Shown: positions 1 to 8,873 of the stretch, in pieces
Layout: each line of letters starts with the position of its first letter
Numbering within the stretch: the first letter of the stretch is position 1
Source: a virus
Lineage: Duplodnaviria > Caudoviricetes
Length of the DNA: 64,000 nt
Direction: 5' to 3' (one strand)
IMG/VR virus record: IMGVR_UViG_3300043010_000145
The notes under the pieces: model-generated
The model's database searches: none
Told to the model about the DNA's origin: nothing
What the model saw: the letters and a program-made list of their open reading frames with translations, nothing else
Made by a program: the position numbers and the translations under genes

Positions 1-357
1 CAGTCTATATCTGCATGCAGTGTTATTCTCGCCTGTCTGCTTTCTCGCCTGTCTATCCTCGCCTGTCTTTTCTCGCCTGTCTCTCCCTGTTGTAGTTCAG
101 CCAGCCAGCCTATCTGCTCTCGCCTATCCTCCCACCTCCTCACTTCATTGGGTATCTTGCAGTAGCAGATGCTTCTACCTACTGGTTATCTTGCCTTGCC
201 TTATCTTGCATCATTTCTATCTTGTAGGGTATTCTTGTCTGGGCTATCTTTTGTCTTAGCCTATCTTTATTCTTGCCTATCTTTATTCTTGCATATCTTT
301 ATTCTTGGCTTAGCTCTATCTCTGTCTATCTTTATTCTCGCCTATCTTTTGTCTTGC

Positions 358-456
358 CTTAGCTCTATCTCTGTCTATCTTTTGTCTTGCCTTAGCTCTA
401 TCTCTGTCTATCTTTTGTCTTGCCTTAGCTCTATCTCTGTCTATCTTTTGTCTTGC
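358..456. repeat. 33-bp tandem repeat x3 inside a pyrimidine-rich low-complexity tract (about 25-480)
   Basis: CTTAGCTCTATCTCTGTCTATCTTTTGTCTTGC is perfect at 358, 391 and 424, with degenerate copies on both sides. Confidence 0.95.
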
Positions 457-544
457 CTATCTTTTGTCTTAGCCTAGCTATATCTAGGTATAGAAAGGCG
501 GCCACGGTACTCCATTGCATTTCGTACCTAAGACCCGCCTTTGT

Positions 545-625
545 CTAGGCGAAGCAATATTTAGGCAAAGCAATCATTTAGGCGAAGTTATTATCTAGGC
601 AAAGTAATTAACTAGGCGAAGCAAA
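545..625 (+). repeat. Array of five TAGGCRAAG boxes at about 16-18 bp spacing
   Basis: ctaggcgaag, ttaggcaaag, ttaggcgaag, ctaggcaaag, ctaggcgaag; reverse complement of the TCGCCT/TTGCCT motif of the flanking arrays. Confidence 0.8.
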
Positions 626-1000
626 CCATATATTTGCACACAGTACGGTTCTTGCATATACCCAACAAGGAGAAGCAATTGCAAGCAAGAATATGTTTGC
701 ATGAAGCGATATCTACACCCGCCTTTGCATAGGTAACTAATTATTCAGGCACAGATATATTCAGGCGAAGCAATTAATCAGGCTGCTATACTGCACATCA
801 TTTCTGCACCAAGAAAGCCTATATTTAGATATTTTTGTATCTTGCCTTACTATGTATCATCGCCTGATATAATCTCGCCTGTTTATTCTCGCCCTACACC
901 ACTTCCTAGGGTATCCCTTCCACCCTTACAGTTGTGGCATACAGAAACACCTAGGCGGAGACGGATTTGCATACATATTATCTTCGCCCAGATTTATTTA

Positions 1001-1074
1001 TCGCCTGTACTTATTCTTCGCCTGTACTTATTCTTCGCCTGTACTTATTCTTCGCCTGTACTTATTCTTCGCCT
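1001..1074. repeat. 17-bp tandem repeat x4.3 (iteron-like)
   Basis: TCGCCTGTACTTATTCT at 1001, 1018, 1035, 1052, plus partial TCGCCT at 1069. Confidence 0.95.
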
Positions 1075-1545
1075 AGCTTTATCTCGCTTGCTATATTCTT
1101 GTCATAGTTTTAGCTTAGAAAAGGCGGTGGACATCGTTGCACGAGACCCACCGCCTTTGCCAATAGAAGCAGTCAGGTGCAGAAGATATAAGGAACAGTA
1201 TGAAGCAGTTCTAAGCAGGCATAAGGCACATAAACAAGGAGGGCAGGGTATTTACATCTAGCCACAGGCGAAACCTGGAATTGTACTATCTTGATGATAG
1301 CGGTGTTCGTGTATGGTTTTACAAGAAGCCTTCTCTAAGCCAAATAAAGGTTGCATGCAATTCTTCTAAATGCAGAAAATATCGCCGCTCGCACGAAGTA
1401 CGAGCGGCCCTCTGCATATGCACACAGCTAATATTGGAGCAGCCTTTCAGTTTTCACACAACAAACGGTTTCACATAGTATAATAAAAGTGAAACAACAC
1501 AACTCGTAAGCCAGCGGGTAATATTTCAAGGAGGAACAAGGAGAA

Positions 1546-2415
1546 ATGGCAAAAAACACAGTGAAGCAAGCAGGCGAATATGTCTGCAACGGCAAGTATT
1601 TTGTAAAAAGAGTACTAAAAGGTGGCGGAGACAGTCATATTTATCTAGCAACAGATGTAAAGTATGGTCAGGCATACTGCATCAAAGAATATGTGCACAA
1701 CAGTTCCGATGACGGTACCTTGCATGCAGGCAAGTTGATGCAGAAATTAAACCACCCCGCAATTCCCCGCATTATTTCCATTGAGCAAGAAGGCTACACA
1801 GATTACACAGTAATGGAATATGTGCAAGGAGATAATCTTCTTGACATAATTATTCTGGAAGAAGGTGGTTTGCCATTAGACAAAGCGGTGAATTATATGA
1901 AGCAGCTCTGTGGAGCGGTAGGGTATCTGCATGAAAAAACGGAAGGCAAGCCGGCGATTCTTTACAGAGACATGAAGCCTTTGAATATCATCATTTCGCC
2001 AGACGGAATGGTACATTTATTAGACTTTGATATAGCCGTAGAGCTTGAGGAAGAAGAAACAGGCGAGGCAGAAGTATCTATGGCAGCCAGTGAAAAGAAC
2101 ATCAACCGTCACCCAGTAGGAACACCTGGGTATGCCGCACCGGAGTTGTATCGCAAAGGTGCCAAGTATGATTTACGTTCCGATATTTTTGGATTAGGAG
2201 CAACATTCTACCATATGCTTACAGGGACTATTCCGAATCGGTATGTGAATTGCCGTGGTGAGTTAGAAAATCTTCCAAAAGTACATGATACCAAGCCAGA
2301 TATTCCGCCCGAAGTAGATGAAATTATAGATAAAGCTTTGAATACAGACATGGATAAGCGGTATGCAACTGTGTATGAGCTGTATCAGGCATTATGTGAA
2401 CTACCATATTGTTAA
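1546..2415 (+). CDS. Hanks-type Ser/Thr protein kinase (soluble, catalytic domain only)
   Basis: IKE lysine, LNHPAIP, VMEYV, YRDMKPLN catalytic loop, DFD in place of DFG, GTPGYAAPE, SDIFGLG; AAGGAG RBS. Confidence 0.92.
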   Translation: MAKNTVKQAGEYVCNGKYFVKRVLKGGGDSHIYLATDVKYGQAYCIKEYVHNSSDDGTLHAGKLMQKLNHPAIPRIISIEQEGYTDYTVMEYVQGDNLLDIIILEEGGLPLDKAVNYMKQLCGAVGYLHEKTEGKPAILYRDMKPLNIIISPDGMVHLLDFDIAVELEEEETGEAEVSMAASEKNINRHPVGTPGYAAPELYRKGAKYDLRSDIFGLGATFYHMLTGTIPNRYVNCRGELENLPKVHDTKPDIPPEVDEIIDKALNTDMDKRYATVYELYQALCELPYC

Positions 2416-2419
2416 TACA

Positions 2420-2452
2420 AACAAAAGGCTCGCCTACTGCGAGCCTTTTGTT
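2420..2452 (+). terminator. Intrinsic (probably bidirectional) terminator
   Basis: AACAAAAGGCTCGC-ctact-GCGAGCCTTTTGTT directly after the kinase stop. Confidence 0.85.
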
Positions 2453-2724
2453 GCATCTTATACTTATTTGTTGTGGCTTCTGCCTGCTCTACTATTACTT
2501 GGCATAGTTCCTGTGCACATTCATATTGGGTATTTCAACATTAGCGAAAATCAGGCAAACTTCACCTATGTGTAATGCAATCAGCCAAGCACAAAAAGCA
2601 GCCGAAGTCAACACTTCTCTTCACTTTTTATTTTTATCACATCACAACTCGTGTAGGTATACAATCAGGCAAAAGATAGTATCAGCTAGAGGAATATTAC
2701 TTTGGCGTCTTTAATGTGAAGTAT

Positions 2725-2890
2725 ATATGGGCGAAGATATTTTTTAGCACTAGTACCAGTCATACAAAGCAAGTAAACTTGCTTTGTATGACTATCTAGA
2801 TGAAGCAAGAATTCAAGTGGGGTTTTACTCTACAATAAGTCATTATTTTAATTTTAGCAATTGCCTTTAAGTAAAGCATATTAGGGTATG
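2725..2890. repeat. Partial (left arm) copy of the long fold-back repeat family
   Basis: GGCGAAGATAT...CATACAAAGCAAG/CTTGCTTTGTATG...AGATGAAGCAAGAATTCAAGTG, closely similar to 5116-5250. Confidence 0.8.
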
Positions 2891-3051
2891 CATGCACTTT
2901 GGGTTGAATCTAATGCAAGCCCAATTTCTAATTCTAATTCTAATTCTAATGCAAATGAAAACACAGAAAAACTAACAAAGTAAAAAGCAAGCAGTACTTT
3001 GCTTGCTTTTTACTTAAATGTGGTTTCTAAATCTTGATACTCACCAAGCAC

Positions 3052-3222
3052 AAAAAAAGCAGCCTGTGGCTGCTGTAAACATGCTCGCTGTGAGCAATCC
3101 TGATTGCATCTGATGACAGATAGCTGCAATCGTACATCATTTTTCAGACTTTGGATTTGCAGTCCATTTTATATGTCAGAGCAGTTCTAAGGTACTTGTA
3201 CTAGCAATCATCCCCAAGTACA
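3052..3222 (-). ncRNA. Candidate structured small RNA (about 170 nt)
   Basis: Lies between a consensus minus-strand promoter and terminator AGCAGCC-aca-GGCTGCT-T run; internal stems GTACTTG/CAAGTAC and CTGCAA-ATC/GATTGCAG; no convincing ORF. Confidence 0.55.
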
Positions 3223-3227
3223 TTCAT

Positions 3228-3256
3228 AGTATAGCCCAGCCGCCAGCCAAAGTCAA
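3228..3256 (-). promoter_or_regulatory. Sigma-A type promoter
   Basis: TTGACT-17 nt-TATACT on the minus strand. Confidence 0.75.
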
Positions 3257-3299
3257 CACTTTTCTTCACTTTTTATATTTTATTGCATCACAACTTGTG

Positions 3300-3975
3300 C
3301 GGGTATTTTACAGGCAGAATACATCTTGAAGGAAAGGTATCTGGGCGAAGACAAATTATGCACGAGTTAGCCATACAAAGCGAGTTTACCTACCATAAGT
3401 AAGTTAACTTACTTATGGTAGGTGGCTGTATGGCTGGTTGGATGCAGGCAGAAATCAAGTGAAGTTCTAATCTACAAGCAGTTATTATTCAACACTAACA
3501 AACACCTTTAAATAAAGCACATTCTGGTATTTTTAACTAGTAAGCATTCACCAGAGTGATTTCTGGGTATACTTGTTAGCACTTGTCTTGATTTTTGCTT
3601 AGAGTGTATGCTCTCGTGCTTTATTTCGTAAAAGCTCGGAAACAGCAATTTCCGAGCTTCTGCAAGTCCAGAAACTGCACTATTTGAGCTTTTAGCAAAG
3701 TAACAACTTTATCTACTTTTTCTAAGGAAAGTCAGTTAATTTTAAAATACATCTTCACTCAGCCATACATCTGCATCTCACCAGCTACAAAAAGCAAGGC
3801 ACCTTGCTTTTTGTAGCTAATCTCGTGCCAGCCACCTACCAGAAGCAAGAGACCTTGCTTCTGGTAGGTAGTCTTCGCCTAGCTCAATCTCTCATATTGT
3901 CATTTTATTAAGCAAGGGCGGACCCGAAGACAAGCTCATTACATTCGCTTACTTCTACACCCGCCCTTTGCTTGT
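3300..3975. repeat. Long non-coding fold-back repeat, copy I
   Basis: Shares CATTCACCAGAG...CACTTGTCTTGATTTTTGCTT...GCTTTATTTCGTAAAA core with copies II and III; complementary arms GGCGAAG/CTTCGCC, GCACGAG/CTCGTGC, AGTGAAG/CTTCACT; several perfect internal palindromes. Confidence 0.9.
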
Positions 3976-4197
3976 TGTAGTTTCTGCCTGATGTAGTTTC
4001 TTACTTGTCGTAATTTCTTCTTGCCCTAGTTTCTGCTAGCTGCCTTCTTTGCCCACAGTAATTTCTGCCCGCTCAGCTCTTGTCTTGCCCTATCTATTAT
4101 ATTCTTGCAGAACTTCAGTCTAACACTCTTCACATTTTATAGCTAATAATCAAGGAATATAAAAAGCCACATCGTAGATGTGGCTTTATTTCTTCAC

Positions 4198-4941
4198 CTA
4201 AATATTAAACCCCTCAGGAGCATCAGGCCAAGCAGCCTGATAGAAGGCCATCTTACCATTTTCATCAAAGAAGAGGCGAAAAGCACCATAAGGCATATCT
4301 GTTGTATAATCCAGAACCATTTCCTTTTTTCTTGCCTTAGCAAATTCACTCAGTTTAGTTACCAACTCAGCAAAGTCGATATCAGCATACGGAGCACCCC
4401 AAGCAAAGTTCAGTTTGTTGCCCGAACCTTCCATATAGCAATCTTCCAACATATCCCAATTAGCAATTTCTTGCACCGCATCGCTGTCTGCTGTAATGCA
4501 AGCCATACCATCTGTTTCATACTGTACCGCAGAGCTATGTTGTGCAATCACAGACTGGGTATCTACATAATCTTCCAACTTAGCTTCATTCGGCAGCACC
4601 ATAGTATCCCAATCCCAAACAACATCGCAGCCGTACTCATCCTCCTGAGCATAGATTCTTTTAGCGAATGGCAAGCCTAGTTTGTTTTTCTTACCATTGT
4701 CGTGATATTCCGCCACAACTTGCAAGTTCGGGTATAGGGAAGTCATATGAGTAATATGACCAATGATTTCTTGCACATCATTGACACAATACACAAGGTA
4801 TTCTGCCGTAGCATGCAGACAATCATTCTTCAATATTACAGAGGAACAGTATTGTTTGAATTCTCTTTTCATTGTTTTTACTGCATCAAGCACATCGCCT
4901 GTTCCATTTGAGAATAAGTGTATCGTTAAATTCAGTTGCAT
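4198..4941 (-). CDS. Hypothetical protein, probable paralog of 6542-7243
   Basis: AGAAAGGAG RBS before ATG at 4941; C-terminal GAFRLFFDENGKMAFYQAAWPD resembles GYYRFFFKNGKVDSYKAEFPD; terminator at about 4161-4190. Confidence 0.8.
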   Translation of the reverse strand: MQLNLTIHLFSNGTGDVLDAVKTMKREFKQYCSSVILKNDCLHATAEYLVYCVNDVQEIIGHITHMTSLYPNLQVVAEYHDNGKKNKLGLPFAKRIYAQEDEYGCDVVWDWDTMVLPNEAKLEDYVDTQSVIAQHSSAVQYETDGMACITADSDAVQEIANWDMLEDCYMEGSGNKLNFAWGAPYADIDFAELVTKLSEFAKARKKEMVLDYTTDMPYGAFRLFFDENGKMAFYQAAWPDAPEGFNI

Positions 4942-5087
4942 TGTTTTTCTCCTTTCTTGCATCTTCATCTATGTATTTGCAAGTTTTTATCTTTTTCTAT
5001 ATTTATATATTAGCACAGTATAGTTTTATTTGCAAATATTTATTCAATAATTAGTACGATATAGATAAGTACTCGCATAGCAAAGTT

Positions 5088-5775
5088 CGGGTATTTTCAG
5101 GCGGAGTCAGATTCAGGCGAAGATATGTTTAGCACGAGTTAGCCATACAAAGCAAGTTTCCTTGCTTTGTATGGCTAGGTAGATGAAGCAAGAATTCAAG
5201 TGAAGTGTTCCTCTACAATCAGTCATTATTCCAATTTAGCAATCACCTTTACATAAATTCCCAGCTATGCAAAGCAAATTTATTTTGCTTTGTATAGCTA
5301 ATCGTTCTTACAGAATGATTATTTGGGTATTCTTAGCCAGCAGACATTCACCAGAGCGATTTCTAGGGTCACATGTTACCACTTGTCTTGATTTTTGCTT
5401 AGAGTATATGCTCACGGGCTTTATTTCGTAAAAATGCGGAGAGTGAACTCTCCGCATTTGCAGAAACTCGGAAATTGCACTATTTGGACTTTTAGAAAAG
5501 ATACGGCTTTATCTACTTTTTCTAAGAAAATGTGGCTTAACACACCACGATACTGCCACAGGCAGTTAATTTTTGAGTACATCTTCACTTAACCACATAT
5601 TTTCATCCATCCAAGGATATGTGCAATCCACCTACCAGAAGCAAGGTCTCTTGCTTCTGGTAGGTGTTCTTCGCCTAGCTCCACCTCTGCCTAGCTTTAT
5701 ATCTAAACAAACAAGGGCGGACCCGAAGACAAGCTCATTACATTCGCTTGCTTCTAAACCCGCCCTTGCTTGCCG
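5088..5775. repeat. Long non-coding fold-back repeat, copy II
   Basis: Colinear with copy I including the distal AAGGGCGGACCCGAAGACAAGCTCATTACATTCGCTT block; carries an extra hairpin module at about 5255-5322. Confidence 0.9.
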
Positions 5776-6054
5776 TAGTTTCTTGCTTGCCGTAGTTTCT
5801 TGCTTGTTGCAGTTTCTTCGCTCCCTTATGGCATCTACTGTGGGGATGCTTGCCATAGCTTTTGCCTGTTGCAATTATTTCTTATTGTATTTTTCACTTG
5901 CTCTATATTTATCTTGCCCACTATTCCTCCTCCCTTTTGCCTGCTTCACTTCATCGGGTATTTTGTAAGCAATTTGTTTTCTAACCTAGCAGATAAGGTA
6001 TATGTACCGAAACATAGCAAGCTATGAATTACATAAGGCAGTAAGCAAAAGTTC

Positions 6055-6510
6055 GGCGGGTACGACAGTTAGGCGAAGCTGCATTATGCACGAGCCAGCC
6101 ATACCAAGCGAGTTTTCTCGCTTGGTATGGACAGTTAGATGTATGCAGAAACCAAGTGAAGTTGTATCTAAAATCATCCAGTATTCAATACAAGCAATCA
6201 CCTTTATATAAAGTATATTGGGGTATTTTCAAACAGCAGACATTCACCAGAGTGATTTCTAGGTGCACTTATTACCACTTGTCTTGATTTTTGCTTCAAG
6301 TATGCACTCACGAGCTTTATTTCGTAAAAGCTCGGAAACTGCGATTTCCGAGCTTGCAGAACATCAGAAATTGCACTATTTGAGCTTTTAGATAAGGAAC
6401 AACTTTATCTAATTTTTTCTAAGAAAAGACAGTTAATTTCTGAATAAATCTTCTCTCAGCCAAGGAACTTCATCCAGCCAATTCTCGTGCTAGGTAATTT
6501 CTCCGCCCAA
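6055..6510. repeat. Long non-coding fold-back repeat, copy III
   Basis: Same core and same complementary arms (GGCGAAG...GCACGAG / CTCGTGC...CTCCGCC). Confidence 0.9.
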
Positions 6511-6541
6511 CAAAAAACCATGCCGAACGGCATGGTTTTAT

Positions 6542-7243
6542 TTATTTCAAATCTTTCACAACTAAATCAGGGAATTCAGCCTTATAAGAATCCACTTTAC
6601 CATTCTTAAAGAAGAATCTGTAATATCCATCCCATGTATCTGATTCCAGTTCCAGCTTAATCATCTTTTCCGTATGCTTGCTTGCTTCCAACAGCAGTCT
6701 CAGCAGCGGTTCTAATTCCAACTCACAGCTTCCGTCATCATAGAAAGTCAGGCATTTGCCAGTCCAGTTGCCATTATATCCATCAGCCATATACTCAGGC
6801 AAGCCAACAGTGTTCAATGCTCTTTTTGGAGCATAGATGCAGCCGCTTACAACTTCAAAAACGGAAGGAATTTCCAACTCAATATGCAAAAGCAGGCATT
6901 TATCCAAGGCAACAAAATCTTTTTCCTTTGGTTCTTTAGGCAGATACAAATAGTAGGTTGCTCTTTTCTTGCCAAGTGCATAAATTACATAGCTGTGGTC
7001 TTCGTGCAAATCCGGGTTGAATGCTTGCAAACTGAACAGCACATCTGGGTATACCTTAGTAATTTCGTCCAGCAGCCAGTTTACCCAGTACTGTGTAGAC
7101 CAGTCCAAGCTTTTGTAATCAGACCAGCTATACGATGCAAAGTTTCTGATAAAATCCTCATTTGGTAAAAGTGATTGAAGTGTGCCTCCCACATTTTCCG
7201 TTTTTTGCGGGTCGGAAAGCAGTTCTAATACATACATTGCCAT
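6542..7243 (-). CDS. Hypothetical protein; its 5' end is matched by the mini-CRISPR spacer at 8028-8053
   Basis: 233-aa ORF, AAAGGAG RBS, terminator at 6511-6540. Confidence 0.85.
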   Translation of the reverse strand: MAMYVLELLSDPQKTENVGGTLQSLLPNEDFIRNFASYSWSDYKSLDWSTQYWVNWLLDEITKVYPDVLFSLQAFNPDLHEDHSYVIYALGKKRATYYLYLPKEPKEKDFVALDKCLLLHIELEIPSVFEVVSGCIYAPKRALNTVGLPEYMADGYNGNWTGKCLTFYDDGSCELELEPLLRLLLEASKHTEKMIKLELESDTWDGYYRFFFKNGKVDSYKAEFPDLVVKDLK

Positions 7244-7689
7244 TTTAATTAACTCCTTTTATTCATTCTCAGGGTATTCCACCCTCGTCTCTATCTGTAA
7301 TTATCTTACTATATTTTCTATCCTTTTTCAAGTGGTATGTAAGAATATTTATGAAATAGTATAGAATAATTTTATATTCACACACATCTTTGCTCAGGAA
7401 GTTTTTCTAAAAAAACCGCTTGCATTCACCTTCTATCTGTGATATATTATGGTTGCCCTCCGAAGAGGACAGTTATTTTTTTTGGACATGTTAAGACAAA
7501 AGCCACAGCGAATGCTGTGGCTTTTGTCTTTTAGTATTCATATTCTTCATCTTCGTCAGTTTCTACTGGCTCGTAAATCTTATATCTAGGTGTTGCATAT
7601 AGTTTTGCTTTTCATATGTAGTTCTTCTCCTTTTCAACTATTTCAATGTCGTACTAATTTTTTTTGTAAAAATTTAAATCATTTTTTTA

Positions 7690-7718
7690 TTGCATACTTA
7701 TTTTATTTGTGGTATACT
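7690..7718 (+). promoter_or_regulatory. Sigma-A promoter (extended -10) of RNA/mini-CRISPR cassette A
   Basis: TTGCAT-17 nt-TATACT preceded by TGTGG; same TTTGTGGTATACT at 41478-41490. Confidence 0.8.
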
Positions 7719-7728
7719 TTAAACAGAC

Positions 7729-7867
7729 AAGGAAAAGCATTAGATATTAGGGTGCTTGGGTGAAAAACCTAAGTGAGCCCCGCACGGGCGGGGAAATCCT
7801 ATATTATTTAAAGCTAGCAAAATGATATAGGTCAGTAAAAGTGCACGTTTACTGCAATGCTTTCCTT
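7729..7867 (+). ncRNA. Conserved multi-stem structured RNA, copy A
   Basis: Closing stem AAGGAAAAGCATT/AATGCTTTCCTT encloses four hairpins; homologous to 41501-41638 with compensatory changes. Confidence 0.75.
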
Positions 7868-7928
7868 CTAAAGATGTCAGGCTTGGGAACTAGTATGTCT
7901 TAACTATTCGATTGGAAAACACAGATAT

Positions 7929-7998
7929 GTTGCAAATTTGCGGATTTGTAACAAGGTATACCAAGTTAAGTATGAAAACGGAAAAGCATCTTTCTAGT
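7929..7998 (+). promoter_or_regulatory. CRISPR leader-like segment, copy A
   Basis: GTTGCAAATTTGCGGATTTGTAACAAGGTATACCAAGTTAAGTATGAAAACG conserved with 41671-41722; ends in AGT directly before the repeat in both copies. Confidence 0.65.
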
Positions 7999-8108
7999 AC
8001 TTGCCCCATAAGGGTGGGAATGTTTCTGTATGTATTAGAACTACTTGTTGACCGTTTGCCCCGCACGGGCGGGGATATGTTTCTTGTTTCAACAATCTAT
8101 ACAAGTTG
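7999..8108 (+). CRISPR. Orphan mini-array of two degenerate type I-E-like repeats (7999-8027, 8054-8084) with a 26-nt spacer and a trailing segment
   Basis: ACTTGCCCCATAAGGGTGGGAATGTTTCT and GTTTGCCCCGCACGGGCGGGGATATGTTTCT; CCCCGC-N4-GCGGGG hairpin as in I-E repeats; spacer matches 7210-7235 at 22/26 with an AAT flank. Confidence 0.8.
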
Positions 8109-8136
8109 GCACTCCGCAAATGCGGAGTGTTTTTTC
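8109..8136 (+). terminator. Intrinsic terminator closing cassette A
   Basis: GCACTCCGCA-aa-TGCGGAGTGT followed by a T run. Confidence 0.85.
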
Positions 8137-8203
8137 TATTGTCTAACAAGATAAAGCAGCGATACCTCGACACATAGGTCGGACTTCGCTGCTTTATCTT
8201 GTA

Positions 8204-8763
8204 TCAGATTTTATCTAACCATAACATTTGTTTTGTAGCAGATTTCACCTCGCTACAGTCTTTGTTTTGTACTAGATTTTGTCTAGTCGCAATCTTTATT
8301 TTGTTCCAGTATTTATCTTGTCCTATTTTCTCTACTCCACCTCTTCTGCCAGCACCAAACATTCTATGCATCAGCATTATACCCATACTATGATATTCTG
8401 CACCACCAGTAGAAGCACAGCAATCCTCTATTACAATAGGAATAATACCCGCATCCCAGAGCGAAATAGCACAGGCAAGCACACAAATTCCCAGCTATGC
8501 AAAGCAAATTTAGTTTGCTTTGCATAGCTAATTATTCTGTTAGAATAATTGCAAGTAAGCTCCTGTTCCGTAGCAGATTCCATTTTCATCCAACCTATTG
8601 CTTTTTCGTAGATACTTCCTTGTTCATTCTTGAATTGGGTACAAATTACGGTATCAAATTTCTTATTAGCAACCAGCTTCTGTATTCTTTCTGCACAAAC
8701 TTTTGTGTTTTCGTCTAAAAGAAAGCCTTGTTGTACATCTACAATCAGTAATATCTTCTGCAT
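8204..8763 (-). pseudogene. Isochorismatase/cysteine hydrolase family gene disrupted by a palindromic insert
   Basis: N-part MQKILLIVDVQQGF and C-part CVLACAISLWDAGIIPIVIEDCCAS lie in different frames, separated by a hairpin module at about 8486-8550. Confidence 0.8.
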
Positions 8764-8873
8764 TTTCCATTTCCACCTATCTATTTCTTCTTCTTTTATT
8801 TGTTTCCTCCTTTTCACCATTCACTCGCTCTATTTTCTTGAACCAACTTTCCATTCAGCACCAAGGGGAAATT

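Noticed and set aside
20-1478. ORFs 20-259, 169-477, 842-1261, 1281-1478
   Set aside because: Mostly translations of low-complexity repeats, and none has an RBS or recognisable motif
2926-2950. (TTCTAA)n microsatellite; also the NS-coding repeat near 54972-55010
   Set aside because: Short simple repeats with no evidence of function
5395-6211. Short ORFs over the fold-back repeats
   Set aside because: Frames are not conserved among repeat copies
8085-8108. Self-target for the segment after the second repeat
   Set aside because: Only a weak gapped resemblance to 6970-6990 and no AAT flank; target unknown
7912-8154. 80-aa ORF (and 41611-41841) spanning leader and repeat
   Set aside because: No RBS; the peptide similarity comes from the shared non-coding repeat and the spacer
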